Of a stretch of 49,607 bases of DNA, positions 1 through 8,574 are shown in pieces (within the stretch, counting starts at the first letter, position 1; every line of letters begins with the position of its first letter). The translations under genes and the position numbers were made by a program. Source of the DNA: an uncultured Planctomycetales bacterium (GTDB lineage: Bacteria > Omnitrophota > Gorgyraeia > Aquiviventales > Aquiviventaceae); contig CAYJWN010000004.1 of the NCBI GenBank assembly GCA_964373835.1, positions 1-49,607 on the forward strand, in the 5' to 3' direction. Below the pieces are notes generated by a model, which saw only the letters and a list, made by a program, of their open reading frames with translations, was not told where the DNA came from and did not search any database.

Positions 1-91
1 CGGCCGTCAGCTATATTCGGATCGGAATCCGCGTCCTCGGCTGACGCCTTCAGTCCGTTCCTCCAATGTCGCCACTGAGCTCAAGACGCCG

Positions 92-1513
92 ATGACACAG
101 TCGCTCTCCGCGCGCCGCACCCCGCCCGTCATTGCGATTGTCGGACGGCCCAATGTGGGCAAGTCCACCCTGTTCAACCGGCTCATCGGCCGGCGCAAGG
201 CGGTCGTCTCCTCCTTGCCAGGCACGACGCGCGATCGCATCGAGGGGACCCTCGAGTGGCGGGGCATGCCGCTGACGGTCGTGGACACGGGGGGCTTTCA
301 GTTGACGGCGCAAGGGGACCTTGAGATTGCGGTGCAGCGCCACCTTCGCGTCGCCCTCCGTGAGGCGCAGGGGGTGCTCTTCCTCTGCGATGCCCTGCAA
401 GGGCTGTTGCCGGCGGATCAGCTGATTCTCGACTCGTTGCGCAGGATGGGGAAACCCGTCGTCATCGCCGTGAATAAAACGGAGCACAGCCGGCTTGTGC
501 CGCCGGAGTTTTTTGCCCTGGGCGCCGCGACCATCTTCCCGGTGTCGGCGCTGCATGGGTTGGGGATCGGCGAACTCCTCGATCACCTGGCGGCCCTCGT
601 GGCGCCTGCCGGCGCGCCACGGTCGAATGGCTCGGCGCACGCCCGCGCGGCCTCGGATGAGGGATGCCTGTCCGTGGCGATTATCGGTCGACAAAACGTC
701 GGGAAATCGTCGCTCTTCAACGCGTTCCTGCGCGAAGAGCGGGTGATCGTGAGCGAGATCCCGGGGACCACGCGCGATGCGGTGGATACCGTGCTGAGCC
801 TCGGTGAGACGCCCCTTCGGTTGATCGACACGGCCGGCCTCCGGCATCGTCGGAAGGTGAAAAGCCCCGTGGATCTGTTTGCCATGGCGCGGACGGCTGA
901 GGCGATCACTCGCGCGCATGTGGCCCTCGTGGTCCTCGATGCGACCCAGGGCGTGACGACGGACGACCGGCGCATCGTCACGCAGGTCTGCGAGGCGGGC
1001 TGCGGGCTCGTGCTGGTGGTCAACAAGTGGGATCTGGTCAAGGGTGTGAGCGAGCGGACGCTCGCGGCCTCGATGAAGCGCGCAGCGCCGTTTGCCGCGT
1101 TTGCCCCCGTGGTGGCGGTTTCCGCGACAACCGGTTTCCAGGTGGCGGAGGCTCTGGCGATCGCGCAGCGCGTGTTTGCGCGGATTAGGCGCGGGGTCTC
1201 CGAAGAAGCGTGTCGCTCGGTGCTCGTGCGCGCCTGGAACGCGCACTTGCCGCCCCGCATTCGCGGGCGGGCGATTCGACTGCGCAACGCGCGCTGGATC
1301 CACGGCCGTCCCTGCCGCATTGAACTCGCCACGGCGCCTGTGGGGCGGCTGCCCGTGCCGTACCAACACTATCTCCTGAAGCAGCTCCACGCGCATCCCG
1401 GCTTCCGTGGCGTGCCCATCAAACTCGTGGTGACGGCGGCTGCCCCGAGCCCCCCCGGCCCGCCTCTCGTGACCGCCGGGGCGGGCAAACCCCGAACCCC
1501 GACCCAACACTAG
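92..1513 (+). CDS. der: Ribosome biogenesis GTPase Der (EngA)
   Basis: Two GTPase domains: GRPNVGKST/GTTRD/DTGG/NKTE and GRQNVGKSS/GTTRD/DTAG/NKWD; adjacent to plsY. Confidence 0.96.
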   Translation: MTQSLSARRTPPVIAIVGRPNVGKSTLFNRLIGRRKAVVSSLPGTTRDRIEGTLEWRGMPLTVVDTGGFQLTAQGDLEIAVQRHLRVALREAQGVLFLCDALQGLLPADQLILDSLRRMGKPVVIAVNKTEHSRLVPPEFFALGAATIFPVSALHGLGIGELLDHLAALVAPAGAPRSNGSAHARAASDEGCLSVAIIGRQNVGKSSLFNAFLREERVIVSEIPGTTRDAVDTVLSLGETPLRLIDTAGLRHRRKVKSPVDLFAMARTAEAITRAHVALVVLDATQGVTTDDRRIVTQVCEAGCGLVLVVNKWDLVKGVSERTLAASMKRAAPFAAFAPVVAVSATTGFQVAEALAIAQRVFARIRRGVSEEACRSVLVRAWNAHLPPRIRGRAIRLRNARWIHGRPCRIELATAPVGRLPVPYQHYLLKQLHAHPGFRGVPIKLVVTAAAPSPPGPPLVTAGAGKPRTPTQH

Positions 1514-1515
1514 CC

Positions 1516-2118
1516 ATGGGGCCACTGGCGATTGCGCTCATGAGCTCCTACCTCATCGGGTCAATTCCCACCGCCTATCTCCTCGTCAAACGGCTCAAGC
1601 GCGTGGATATCCGAACCATCGGCAGCGGCAACGTGGGCGCCACGAATGTGACGCGGGTCGCCGGACGAGGAGCCGGCGCGGTAGTCTTTCTCCTCGACCT
1701 GGCGAAGGGGCTTGTGGCGGTTGGCGTCCTCGCGCCCTGGCTGGTGCAACCGGTCACGGCAGCGGGGCAGCTTGGGTGCGGGCTGGCAGCCGTCATCGGA
1801 CACATCTTCCCGTTATTTTTGAAGTTCCGCGGAGGCAAGGGGGTGGCCACGACCATGGGGGTACTCCTCGGCGTGACGCCGCTGGTGGCCGCTGCCTGCA
1901 TGGGGGTGTGGGCGTGCTGTGTCCTCCTGTGGCGGTACGTCTCGGTGGCGTCGCTTGTGGCTGCGGTGACCATTCCGATCACGCAGGCGCTGGGGCACCG
2001 GAGCGGTGGGGAGATCATCGTGGGCGTGGTGCTCGCCCTGCTGATCGTGGTGAAGCACCGGCAGAATATCGACCGGCTCATGCATGGGACAGAGCATCGG
2101 TGGACGCGAGGATCATGA
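1516..2118 (+). CDS. plsY: Glycerol-3-phosphate acyltransferase PlsY
   Basis: YLIGSIP, GSGNVGATNV, GHIFP..FRGGKGVAT and KHRQNIDRL motifs; multi-TM. Confidence 0.96.
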   Translation: MGPLAIALMSSYLIGSIPTAYLLVKRLKRVDIRTIGSGNVGATNVTRVAGRGAGAVVFLLDLAKGLVAVGVLAPWLVQPVTAAGQLGCGLAAVIGHIFPLFLKFRGGKGVATTMGVLLGVTPLVAAACMGVWACCVLLWRYVSVASLVAAVTIPITQALGHRSGGEIIVGVVLALLIVVKHRQNIDRLMHGTEHRWTRGS

Positions 2119-2127
2119 GAAACGCTG

Positions 2128-2156
2128 TTGACGGATCACGCTCGGTTTCATACAAT
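2128..2156 (+). promoter_or_regulatory. Sigma70-type promoter of the SPOR gene
   Basis: TTGACG (2128-2133), 17 bp, TACAAT (2151-2156); ATG at 2167. Confidence 0.7.
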
Positions 2157-2166
2157 AGAGCATTCG

Positions 2167-2742
2167 ATGGTGCCTGACAATCGAGAACATCAGCTCGAGC
2201 TGTTTGACCTCTCGAATCAGCCTGTCGCTCGGCTGCAGCGCGAGACGTTTGGACGGTTGCTGATTCATCTGCGGTATGATCAGCTGGTGCTGGGCGGCAT
2301 TGCGACGCTGCTTGGCGTGACGGTGGTCTTTGCGTGCGGCGTCGAACGGGGCAAGCAGTTGGTGAGAGGCGAACGGATGATGGTGGCCCGCCAGCAACCG
2401 GCCGCCTCCGACCAAAAGACAGCGCCAGCGGCGCCCGAACAGAAGGCCGCAGTCGAACCGCACAAAGCAGAGAAGAAGACCCCGTCAACGCCGGAGGCAC
2501 CGGCGAAAGCAACGGGCAAGGGCGCATCCCGGTACGCGGTTCAGGTCGTCACGTACAGCCGGCCGACGCTCGCCAAACGGGAAATGGAGCGGCTGAAGGC
2601 GCGGGGCGAGCGGGTGTTTCTCGTGATGCGCGACGGGCGCACGATGGTGTACGTCGGTCCGTTTCCGTCCAAAGTGAACGCCAGCGAGAAGCTGACCAGC
2701 TTGAGGCCGCACTACCAAGACTGTTTCATCAAACCCTTGTAG
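2167..2742 (+). CDS. Membrane-anchored SPOR-domain protein
   Basis: Single TM ending FACGVERGK, Ala/Pro/Lys linker, C-terminal YAVQV...VYVGPF...A SPOR motif; start placed downstream of the promoter. Confidence 0.82.
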   Translation: MVPDNREHQLELFDLSNQPVARLQRETFGRLLIHLRYDQLVLGGIATLLGVTVVFACGVERGKQLVRGERMMVARQQPAASDQKTAPAAPEQKAAVEPHKAEKKTPSTPEAPAKATGKGASRYAVQVVTYSRPTLAKREMERLKARGERVFLVMRDGRTMVYVGPFPSKVNASEKLTSLRPHYQDCFIKPL

Positions 2743-2758
2743 GGACGCCTCCACAACA

Positions 2759-2995
2759 ATGTCGGTTCACTCCTCGCTCCGAACGGCCAAAGGAAGCCTC
2801 GGCGCGCTTCGCAACGTCATGAAGCGGCATGAGCGCGTGCGGCATCTCATGACGCAGGGCCTATGGACAGAGGGACGCTCTGTGCTGGCTCTTCCCAAGA
2901 TCAAACAGATGAAGATGAAGGGCCGGAAAGCGGCGGCAAAAGACAAAGAAGAGGCCGCCGCTGAGACACCCGCTACGCCGCCACCAGCTGCCTGA
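2759..2995 (+). CDS. PVC-superphylum signature small basic protein (TIGR04137-like)
   Basis: MSVHSSL...RNVMKRHERV..L...G.W.EG.SVLALPK matches the Chlamydiae/Verrucomicrobia/Planctomycetes small basic protein pattern. Confidence 0.85.
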   Translation: MSVHSSLRTAKGSLGALRNVMKRHERVRHLMTQGLWTEGRSVLALPKIKQMKMKGRKAAAKDKEEAAAETPATPPPAA

Positions 2996-3010
2996 GGCAG
3001 TCGCCACCCC

Positions 3011-3736
3011 TTGAACCAGCCTCCGTCGCCGACCGACGCCGTTTCCAACCCGTCGCAACGCCCTCCACGAGCCGTCTCCGTGGCCCAGATGCAGACCATT
3101 GACCGAGCGGCCATCGACACGGTCGGCATTCCACGACTCCTCCTCATGGAACACGCGGGGATGGCCATCGCGCGTGAGGCGCAACGGCTCCTGCCGGATC
3201 CGACGGTCCCGATTCTGATCTGTTGTGGGACTGGATTGAACGGAGGCGATGGGTTGGCTGCGGCCCGACATCTGCAGGCTTGGGGCTACCCGCTCCACCT
3301 GATCGTGACCGAACGGATGGATCGTCTGCGCGAAGAACCCGCCGTGTATGCGCGCATCGCCACGCGGCTGGGCCTGCCGCTCGCGGAGGTGACGGTTGTT
3401 GGCGACGTCGCACAGGGAGAGGCGTGGATGGCAGCGTGCGGTCTTGTGATTGATGCGCTGTTAGGCATCGGCGCGCACGGTCCTGTGCGTGAACCTGCCG
3501 CGTCGCTCATAGATCGGATGAACCGCTCCGGCAAACCCATTCTGTCCGTCGATACCCCCTCAGGGTTGGACGCTGATCACGGCCGCGTGCAGGGCATCGC
3601 CGTCAAGGCGACCGTCACGGTGACCTTCGGCCTGCCGAAGCAGGGCTGCTTCGCGGCAGAGGGGCCGGCGCACACCGGTCTGCTGGTTGTGGATCCCATC
3701 ACGATCCCGCGCGCGGTGCTGGAAGGAACCTTATGA
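3011..3736 (+). CDS. nnrE: NAD(P)H-hydrate epimerase (stand-alone YjeF N-terminal domain)
   Basis: LMEHAG, CGTGLNGGDG, IDALLGIG, SVDTPSG, TVTFGLPK motifs; TTG start uncertain. Confidence 0.9.
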   Translation: MNQPPSPTDAVSNPSQRPPRAVSVAQMQTIDRAAIDTVGIPRLLLMEHAGMAIAREAQRLLPDPTVPILICCGTGLNGGDGLAAARHLQAWGYPLHLIVTERMDRLREEPAVYARIATRLGLPLAEVTVVGDVAQGEAWMAACGLVIDALLGIGAHGPVREPAASLIDRMNRSGKPILSVDTPSGLDADHGRVQGIAVKATVTVTFGLPKQGCFAAEGPAHTGLLVVDPITIPRAVLEGTL

Positions 3737-4821
3737 GGATTCCGGTATCGCTCGGCGAGCGATCGTACACGATTGAGATCACGGATTCCTACCGACGTTT
3801 GCCGGAGCGCTTGGCGGCGCTCAAGCTGCCTCGGGAGGGATGGGTGATTTCACACCGAACGGTATTGGCGCGTTATGGCTCGGAGCTGCTGGGTCCGCTC
3901 CGTCGAGCCGGGTGGCGCCTCACCACGCTCACCGTTCCGGAATCGGAACTGTCAAAATCATTGGCCATGGTCCAGCGCGTGACCGGGACGCTGTCGCGTA
4001 CGGCGACCATGCGAGCTCCGCTCCTCGTGGCGTTCGGCGGCGGCGTGGTGGGGGATCTCACCGGGTTTGTCGCGGCGGTGTTCCGTCGAGGGGTCCCCTA
4101 CGTGCAAGTGCCCACCACCCTGCTGGCTCAGGTGGATTCCGCCATCGGGGGCAAGGTGGGGGTGGATGTGCCCCAGGCCAAGAATATGGTCGGCGCGTTC
4201 TACCAGCCCCGTCTGGTCTGGAACAACCTCGCGCCGTTGCGCTCACTGCCCATGCGCCAGCGGCGATCAGGGTTGGGGGAGGTTATCAAGTACGGCATCA
4301 TCGCGGATCGGTCGCTCTTCGCCTTTCTCGAAGAGCATCTCGAGGCCTGCCTCTCCCTGGAAGGCCGTGCGCTGCGGGTGATGGTCGAACGGTCCTGCCG
4401 GGTCAAGGCGCGGGTGGTCTCGCGCGATGAGCGGGAAACCCGAGGGCTGCGCACCCAGCTCAATTTCGGCCACACCGTCGGCCATGCGCTGGAGGCGGCC
4501 ACGCACTACAGACGATGGACGCACGGCGAAGCGATCGCCATTGGCATGTGCGCGGCGGCGCAGATCGGGCTTGAGGCGGGCTTCTGCGGGAAGGGCGACG
4601 TCATGCGGATCACGGCGTTGATCAAGGCCGCGGGGCTGCCGACGCGCGCCGCCGGCGTGTCGCGCAGCGCGGTGTGGCGGGCGCTGGCGCATGACAAGAA
4701 GTTCATCTGCGGCCGTCCCCGGTGGGTCCTGCCCACGCGGATCGGCCACGTGGTGGTGACGGAAGAGGTGCCGCAGGCCGCGGTGCGGCGCGTCCTTGCG
4801 CGGTGTGTCAGCCCCGCTTAG
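3733..4821 (+). CDS. aroB: 3-dehydroquinate synthase
   Basis: GGGVVGDLTGF, PTTLLAQVDSAIGGK, EVIKYG, LNFGHTVGHALE, HGEAIAIG. Confidence 0.97.
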   Translation: MRIPVSLGERSYTIEITDSYRRLPERLAALKLPREGWVISHRTVLARYGSELLGPLRRAGWRLTTLTVPESELSKSLAMVQRVTGTLSRTATMRAPLLVAFGGGVVGDLTGFVAAVFRRGVPYVQVPTTLLAQVDSAIGGKVGVDVPQAKNMVGAFYQPRLVWNNLAPLRSLPMRQRRSGLGEVIKYGIIADRSLFAFLEEHLEACLSLEGRALRVMVERSCRVKARVVSRDERETRGLRTQLNFGHTVGHALEAATHYRRWTHGEAIAIGMCAAAQIGLEAGFCGKGDVMRITALIKAAGLPTRAAGVSRSAVWRALAHDKKFICGRPRWVLPTRIGHVVVTEEVPQAAVRRVLARCVSPA

Positions 4822-5354
4822 CGGGGGATTTTCAAGACCGTTTCCTTGCCGTTCGGGAGCTGAATCGTCACCGAATCCTGCGCGATATCCAGCAGGGTGG
4901 CGTTGCCAATCCGATCTCCCCGCCCGACAATCTCGCCGTTGATCACGGCGTACGGCTCCCCCACGCCCACCACGATGCCGCTGAGGACCATCTCCTGCCA
5001 CGCCGGCTTCTGAACGGGCGTCGGGGCTGCCTGGGGCGTCGCGGCTTGTTGAGCCGGAGCGGCGACCGGAGCCGGTTCAGGCGCGGACGCGGTGCCGTTG
5101 CGCGTCCGCCCTAACCAGATAATCCCGCCCAGCAGCAGCACAGCCGTGAGTCCCACGATCGCCACAGCGACCGCGTTCAGCGCTCGAGGCGTCTGCGGGG
5201 ACGTGGCCGTCGGGGAGGCAGGCGCGGTCGGCCACGAGTGCGCTGGCGGTGGTTCCTGCGCAGGGGCTTGGGGATTCTGGGGTGTCGCGGTGGCGCCGCC
5301 CTTTGGTATCGACGGATCTTGGATGCGGCGGAGCGCTTCTTCAATTAGACTCAT
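4818..5354 (-). CDS. ExeB/GspB-like membrane protein
   Basis: Starts MSLIEEALRR, has Pro/Ala linkers and one TM, and ends LSGIV..G..YAVING..V..GD.I; lies directly downstream of the ExeA-like gene. Confidence 0.7.
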   Translation of the reverse strand: MSLIEEALRRIQDPSIPKGGATATPQNPQAPAQEPPPAHSWPTAPASPTATSPQTPRALNAVAVAIVGLTAVLLLGGIIWLGRTRNGTASAPEPAPVAAPAQQAATPQAAPTPVQKPAWQEMVLSGIVVGVGEPYAVINGEIVGRGDRIGNATLLDIAQDSVTIQLPNGKETVLKIPR

Positions 5355-5367
5355 GGTGTGACCCTCC

Positions 5368-6186
5368 CTAAGAGACCAGGACTTGTCCAGCCAGCTCCTG
5401 GTAACTACGCCGGACGATCTCGCGGTCCACCCGCTTGATCCGAAAGACGTAGCAGGCAAGCAGACTTCGATCGCACACGAGGTTGATGAGCCGCGGGATC
5501 CCTTTGGAGCACAGGTGGACTTCTTCGATCCCATCGGGCGTCCATTCGAGGGTGCCGTCCGATCCTGCGATGCGCAGGCGATGCTCAATATAGGTCCGCA
5601 CTTCATCCAGGTCCAGCGGGGTGATGTGGTAGCGCACGCCGATCCGCTGACGCAGCTGCTCAAGGGCCGGCGAGGCGAGCTTTTCCCGCAGCTGCGGCTG
5701 GCCGACGAGGATGATCTGGATGAGTTTGTCCTTGTCCGTTTCCAGATTGGAGAGCATGCGGATCTGTTCCAGGATCCGCAGGCTCAGGTTCTGCGCCTCA
5801 TCGATCACGAGCACGATGTTGTTGCCCTGCGTCGCCTGTTCCAAGAGAAACCGATTGAGCTGATTGAACAGGCCGAGGCGGTTGCGTTGCATTGGATTGA
5901 GCCCGAAATCCTGCACGATCGCCTGCAGGAGCTGCAGTTCGGACAGATGCGGTTGGAGGAGCAGGGCCGTTTTGGTGGCCGGGTCCAGATGGCGCAGCAG
6001 GGCTTTGCACAGGGTCGTTTTTCCGGTGCCCACTTCACCGGTGATTTCCACAAAGCCTTTGCGTTCGCGGATGCCGTAGATCATATGCGACAGGGCTTCG
6101 CGGTGTTTCTTGGACAGGTAGAGAAACGACGGATCGGCGGTGATGGAAAACGGTTTTTCCTGCAGGCCCAGGAACTCAAGATACAT
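5368..6186 (-). CDS. ExeA/GspA-family AAA ATPase (no C-terminal peptidoglycan-binding domain)
   Basis: MYLEFLGLQEKPFSITADP, Walker A GEVGTGKT, Walker B IDEAQNL, LRQRI, GIPRLINLVCD. Confidence 0.9.
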   Translation of the reverse strand: MYLEFLGLQEKPFSITADPSFLYLSKKHREALSHMIYGIRERKGFVEITGEVGTGKTTLCKALLRHLDPATKTALLLQPHLSELQLLQAIVQDFGLNPMQRNRLGLFNQLNRFLLEQATQGNNIVLVIDEAQNLSLRILEQIRMLSNLETDKDKLIQIILVGQPQLREKLASPALEQLRQRIGVRYHITPLDLDEVRTYIEHRLRIAGSDGTLEWTPDGIEEVHLCSKGIPRLINLVCDRSLLACYVFRIKRVDREIVRRSYQELAGQVLVS

Positions 6187-6198
6187 CGTCGATTCCTC

Positions 6199-6227
6199 AT
6201 TGTAGCGCACGACCCCGCACCGCGCAA
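6199..6227 (-). promoter_or_regulatory. Sigma70-type promoter of the exeA-like gene
   Basis: Minus strand TTGCGC, 17 bp, TACAAT. Confidence 0.55.
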
Positions 6228-6266
6228 GCGAATCATCGGTCATGTCCTAAGTTCGCATGGAATCTC

Positions 6267-6295
6267 TTGACAAGGCAGGGGTTGATTGGTAGCCT
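6267..6295 (+). promoter_or_regulatory. Sigma70-type promoter (candidate leaderless) of the PilZ gene
   Basis: TTGACA (6267-6272), 17 bp, TG-n-TAGCCT (6290-6295); 6 nt separate the -10 from the ATG at 6302. Confidence 0.62.
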
Positions 6296-6301
6296 ATTCC
6301 C

Positions 6302-6661
6302 ATGGGCGAGGAACGGCGAGCGACCCCACGCATTCGGGCGTATCAGCCCGTGCGACTCCACCATGCGGGCATCCCACGTGTTGTCGAGACCTTGACCAAG
6401 GATCTCGCCGTGGGAGGATTGCGCTGTGTGAGCCAGGTCCTTTTTCCGGTCTCGACAGAGGTGAATGTCGAGCTCATGCTGTCGACCGGCTCAGAACCGC
6501 TGACGACGCGAGGCCGCACGGTCTGGCTTCGAACCATCCCCCACAGTGAGCAGTTCGACCTCGGCATCTCCTTTTTGGATCTCCACCCTGCAGATAAGAG
6601 ACGTTTGTCTGTCTATCTTGATCGACTCTCCAGTCAATCTTCCTTCGCGCTTGTCCTCTAG
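6302..6661 (+). CDS. PilZ-domain protein
   Basis: ERRATPR (RxxxR), DLAVGG (DxSxxG variant), GRTVW...GISF beta-barrel pattern. Confidence 0.85.
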   Translation: MGEERRATPRIRAYQPVRLHHAGIPRVVETLTKDLAVGGLRCVSQVLFPVSTEVNVELMLSTGSEPLTTRGRTVWLRTIPHSEQFDLGISFLDLHPADKRRLSVYLDRLSSQSSFALVL

Positions 6662-6715
6662 AATTCACCAAACCTATTGAACAACAAATAGTTATATCAT
6701 ATGACTATCTTATAC

Positions 6716-6744
6716 TTGACCACCAGACAAAAATATGGTATATT
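6716..6744 (+). promoter_or_regulatory. Strong sigma70-type promoter
   Basis: TTGACC (6716-6721), 17 bp, TG-n-TATATT (6739-6744); AT-rich upstream tract. Confidence 0.75.
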
Positions 6745-6826
6745 CTCCTTGAGAGTGGCTCGACTGCTTGGAGGAAGTCGGCGCTCTCTATCTAGACGTT
6801 TGTCTAGAGGGGGAGGTGATTACGAG

Positions 6827-6976
6827 ATGAAGCTTGAAAAACTGTTTGATGTACACATCCTGACGGGTGTGGTACTAGGCGCGCTGATCGGCCTGTACTT
6901 CCCCCTGGATGCGTATAAGGCGATTCTCGTTATCCTAGGCGTGGTGATGGGGCTAAAGGTCGTCACCACGAAGTAA
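6827..6976 (+). CDS. Small (49 aa) two-TM membrane protein
   Basis: GGAGGTGAT SD before ATG; MKLEKLFDVHILTGVVLGALIGLYFPLDAYKAILVILGVVMGLKVVTTK; has its own promoter and terminator. Confidence 0.8.
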   Translation: MKLEKLFDVHILTGVVLGALIGLYFPLDAYKAILVILGVVMGLKVVTTK

Positions 6977-7005
6977 CAGTCCCCTCAGGATAGCGAACGA
7001 TTGGC

Positions 7006-7041
7006 TCCCCCACACCCGCCATGGGTGTGGGGGATTTTTTT
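7006..7041 (+). terminator. Rho-independent terminator
   Basis: 12-bp stem TCCCCCACACCC/GGGTGTGGGGGA, 5-nt loop, T7 tract. Confidence 0.9.
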
Positions 7042-7043
7042 GC

Positions 7044-7072
7044 TTGCTCCCCGACGGGAAACCTCCTACAAT
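7044..7072 (+). promoter_or_regulatory. Sigma70-type promoter
   Basis: TTGCTC (7044-7049), 17 bp, TACAAT (7067-7072). Confidence 0.65.
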
Positions 7073-7122
7073 AAAGGCTCTTGTCGTCGGAGGCATGGCA
7101 CCGTGTAAGGGAGGGAACGTCG

Positions 7123-7230
7123 GTGTTTCCGTTTCTCCATCCTCGGGTTCCGGATCTCGTGCTGGGCTTGGTGATCGGCCTGTCCTTGTCCCTGGCATGG
7201 CACTGGGTCGCCTGGGCTCTCCACTCATAG
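7123..7230 (+). CDS. Small (35 aa) single-TM protein, not in the ORF track
   Basis: AAGGGAGG SD, GTG start; MFPFLHPRVPDLVLGLVIGLSLSLAWHWVAWALHS; stops 5 nt before the next gene. Confidence 0.6.
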   Translation: MFPFLHPRVPDLVLGLVIGLSLSLAWHWVAWALHS

Positions 7231-7235
7231 AATAA

Positions 7236-7907
7236 GTGGTATCGTTGCGCCAGATTTACACGCGGCTCTCTCGAGCCTTTGGGCCGCAGCACTGGTGGCC
7301 GGCGAAAACCCCCTTTGAAATGATGGTGGGGGCCATTCTCACGCAGGCCACCACGTGGCATCATGTGGAGCAGGCCCTTGACCGCCTGCGACAGGCTGGA
7401 GCCTTGGCACCACGGCAGCTGTTGGCAGTGCGGCCTGCGCGTCTTGAGCGGCTCATTCGGCCAGCGGGCTCTTATCGCCAGAAGGCAAAACGGCTCAACG
7501 GCTTCACACGCTGGTACGTCAGTCGCTACCGCGGCCGCGCTGCACGGATGTTTAGAGGGCCCCACGCTGCGCTGCGGCAGGAACTGCTCCAGCTGCCTGG
7601 GATCGGTCCCGAGACGGCCGACGCGATCTTGTTGTATGCAGGCGCGAAGCCCGTGTTCGTGGTGGATGCCTACACGCAGCGGATCTTCCGCCGTCACCGT
7701 TTGATCAGGCCGGGTGCGACGTATGACGACGTGCAGCGGTTTGCCATGCAACGATTGCCGGCCGATGCGGCGTTGTTCAATGAGTTCCACGCCCTGCTGG
7801 TCGCGGTGGGCAAGCGCTGTTGCCATCGGAGGGCGCCTGACTGCGCGCGCTGTCCGTTAGGGGATCTGCCACGAACCCTTGAGGTATCAAGTGATGGGAA
7901 AAGGTGA
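7236..7907 (+). CDS. Endonuclease III-related HhH-GPD DNA glycosylase
   Basis: GPQHWWP..TPFE...GAILTQ, HhH LPGIGPETADAILLYA, VVDAYT, C-terminal Cys cluster (CC...PDCARCPL). Confidence 0.9.
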   Translation: MVSLRQIYTRLSRAFGPQHWWPAKTPFEMMVGAILTQATTWHHVEQALDRLRQAGALAPRQLLAVRPARLERLIRPAGSYRQKAKRLNGFTRWYVSRYRGRAARMFRGPHAALRQELLQLPGIGPETADAILLYAGAKPVFVVDAYTQRIFRRHRLIRPGATYDDVQRFAMQRLPADAALFNEFHALLVAVGKRCCHRRAPDCARCPLGDLPRTLEVSSDGKR

Positions 7908-8103
7908 TCGTCCGGCAGCCTGTGCCGTGACGGGGAAGCGTCTGCGGGCCAAGTCGTGGTACTACCGCGACGGGAAGTACTTTTACAATAAGGGGGTCTG
8001 GCGCCAGGAACACGCCAAGCTCACGAGCGAGGCGGCACAGGCACAAGCCGAGGCGAAGAAGGCAGGGGCGGCGCCGGCTGACGCCAAGCCGTCCTCATCG
8101 TAG
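7894..8103 (+). CDS. Small basic hypothetical protein (69 aa)
   Basis: GAGGT SD; fills the gap between operon genes; CAVTGKRL...WYYRDGKYFY core plus Ala/Lys tail. Confidence 0.7.
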   Translation: MGKGDRPAACAVTGKRLRAKSWYYRDGKYFYNKGVWRQEHAKLTSEAAQAQAEAKKAGAAPADAKPSSS

Positions 8104-8115
8104 CCGGCGGGGGCG

Positions 8116-8466
8116 ATGACCGACGCCGAATGCTTGTTCTGCCGCATTGCACAGCGTACCGTGCCGGCTGATATCGTGGCCGAAGGTGACGGCCTGCTCG
8201 CCGTCAGAGACATTCATCCTCAAGCTCCCACGCACCTCGTGATTATTCCCACCGAACACATCCCCACGTTGGCCGAAACCACCGACGCCCATACTCGATT
8301 GCTGGGAGAGGCGCTGCAGTTTGCCAACCGCCTCGCGCGGCAGTATCAACTCACCCAGGCGGGCTACCGGGTGGTGATCAACTGCGGGGCGGGCGCGGGC
8401 CAATCAGTGTGGCATCTGCATGTTCACCTGTTGGGCGGGCGGGCGCTGAGATGGCCGCCGGGATGA
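8116..8466 (+). CDS. Histidine triad (HIT/HinT) nucleotide-binding protein
   Basis: CLFCRI, DIHPQAPTH, GQSVWHLHVHLLGGR...WPPG. Confidence 0.95.
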   Translation: MTDAECLFCRIAQRTVPADIVAEGDGLLAVRDIHPQAPTHLVIIPTEHIPTLAETTDAHTRLLGEALQFANRLARQYQLTQAGYRVVINCGAGAGQSVWHLHVHLLGGRALRWPPG

Positions 8467-8571
8467 TCCCACGCCCTGCGGGTTTTCGCCGTCGGGCGTC
8501 TTTGCGACCACTGAAGGCGAAACGTCCCGCCTTGGCGGGACGGCCTTCGGCCAGCCCGCAGGGCGGTGGGA
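8467..8571. mobile_element. MITE-like element 1 (105 bp)
   Basis: TIRs TCCCACGCCCTGCGGG / CCCGCAGGGCGGTGGGA (one indel), flanked by TGA on both sides; internal hairpin GTCCCGCC-TT-GGCGGGAC. Confidence 0.65.
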
Positions 8572-8574
8572 TGA

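Noticed and set aside
50..1525. Long antisense/shadow ORFs (e.g. 50-1525 -, 17609-18793 -, 18800-20089 -, 37703-38803 +, 46957-48300 +)
   Set aside because: They lie opposite well-supported genes and carry no motifs; such ORFs are expected in GC-rich DNA.
7044..7235. 63-aa ORF from the track
   Set aside because: It starts inside a -35 box and is Ser/Gly-rich; the 35-aa alternative frame has a better SD and a TM helix.
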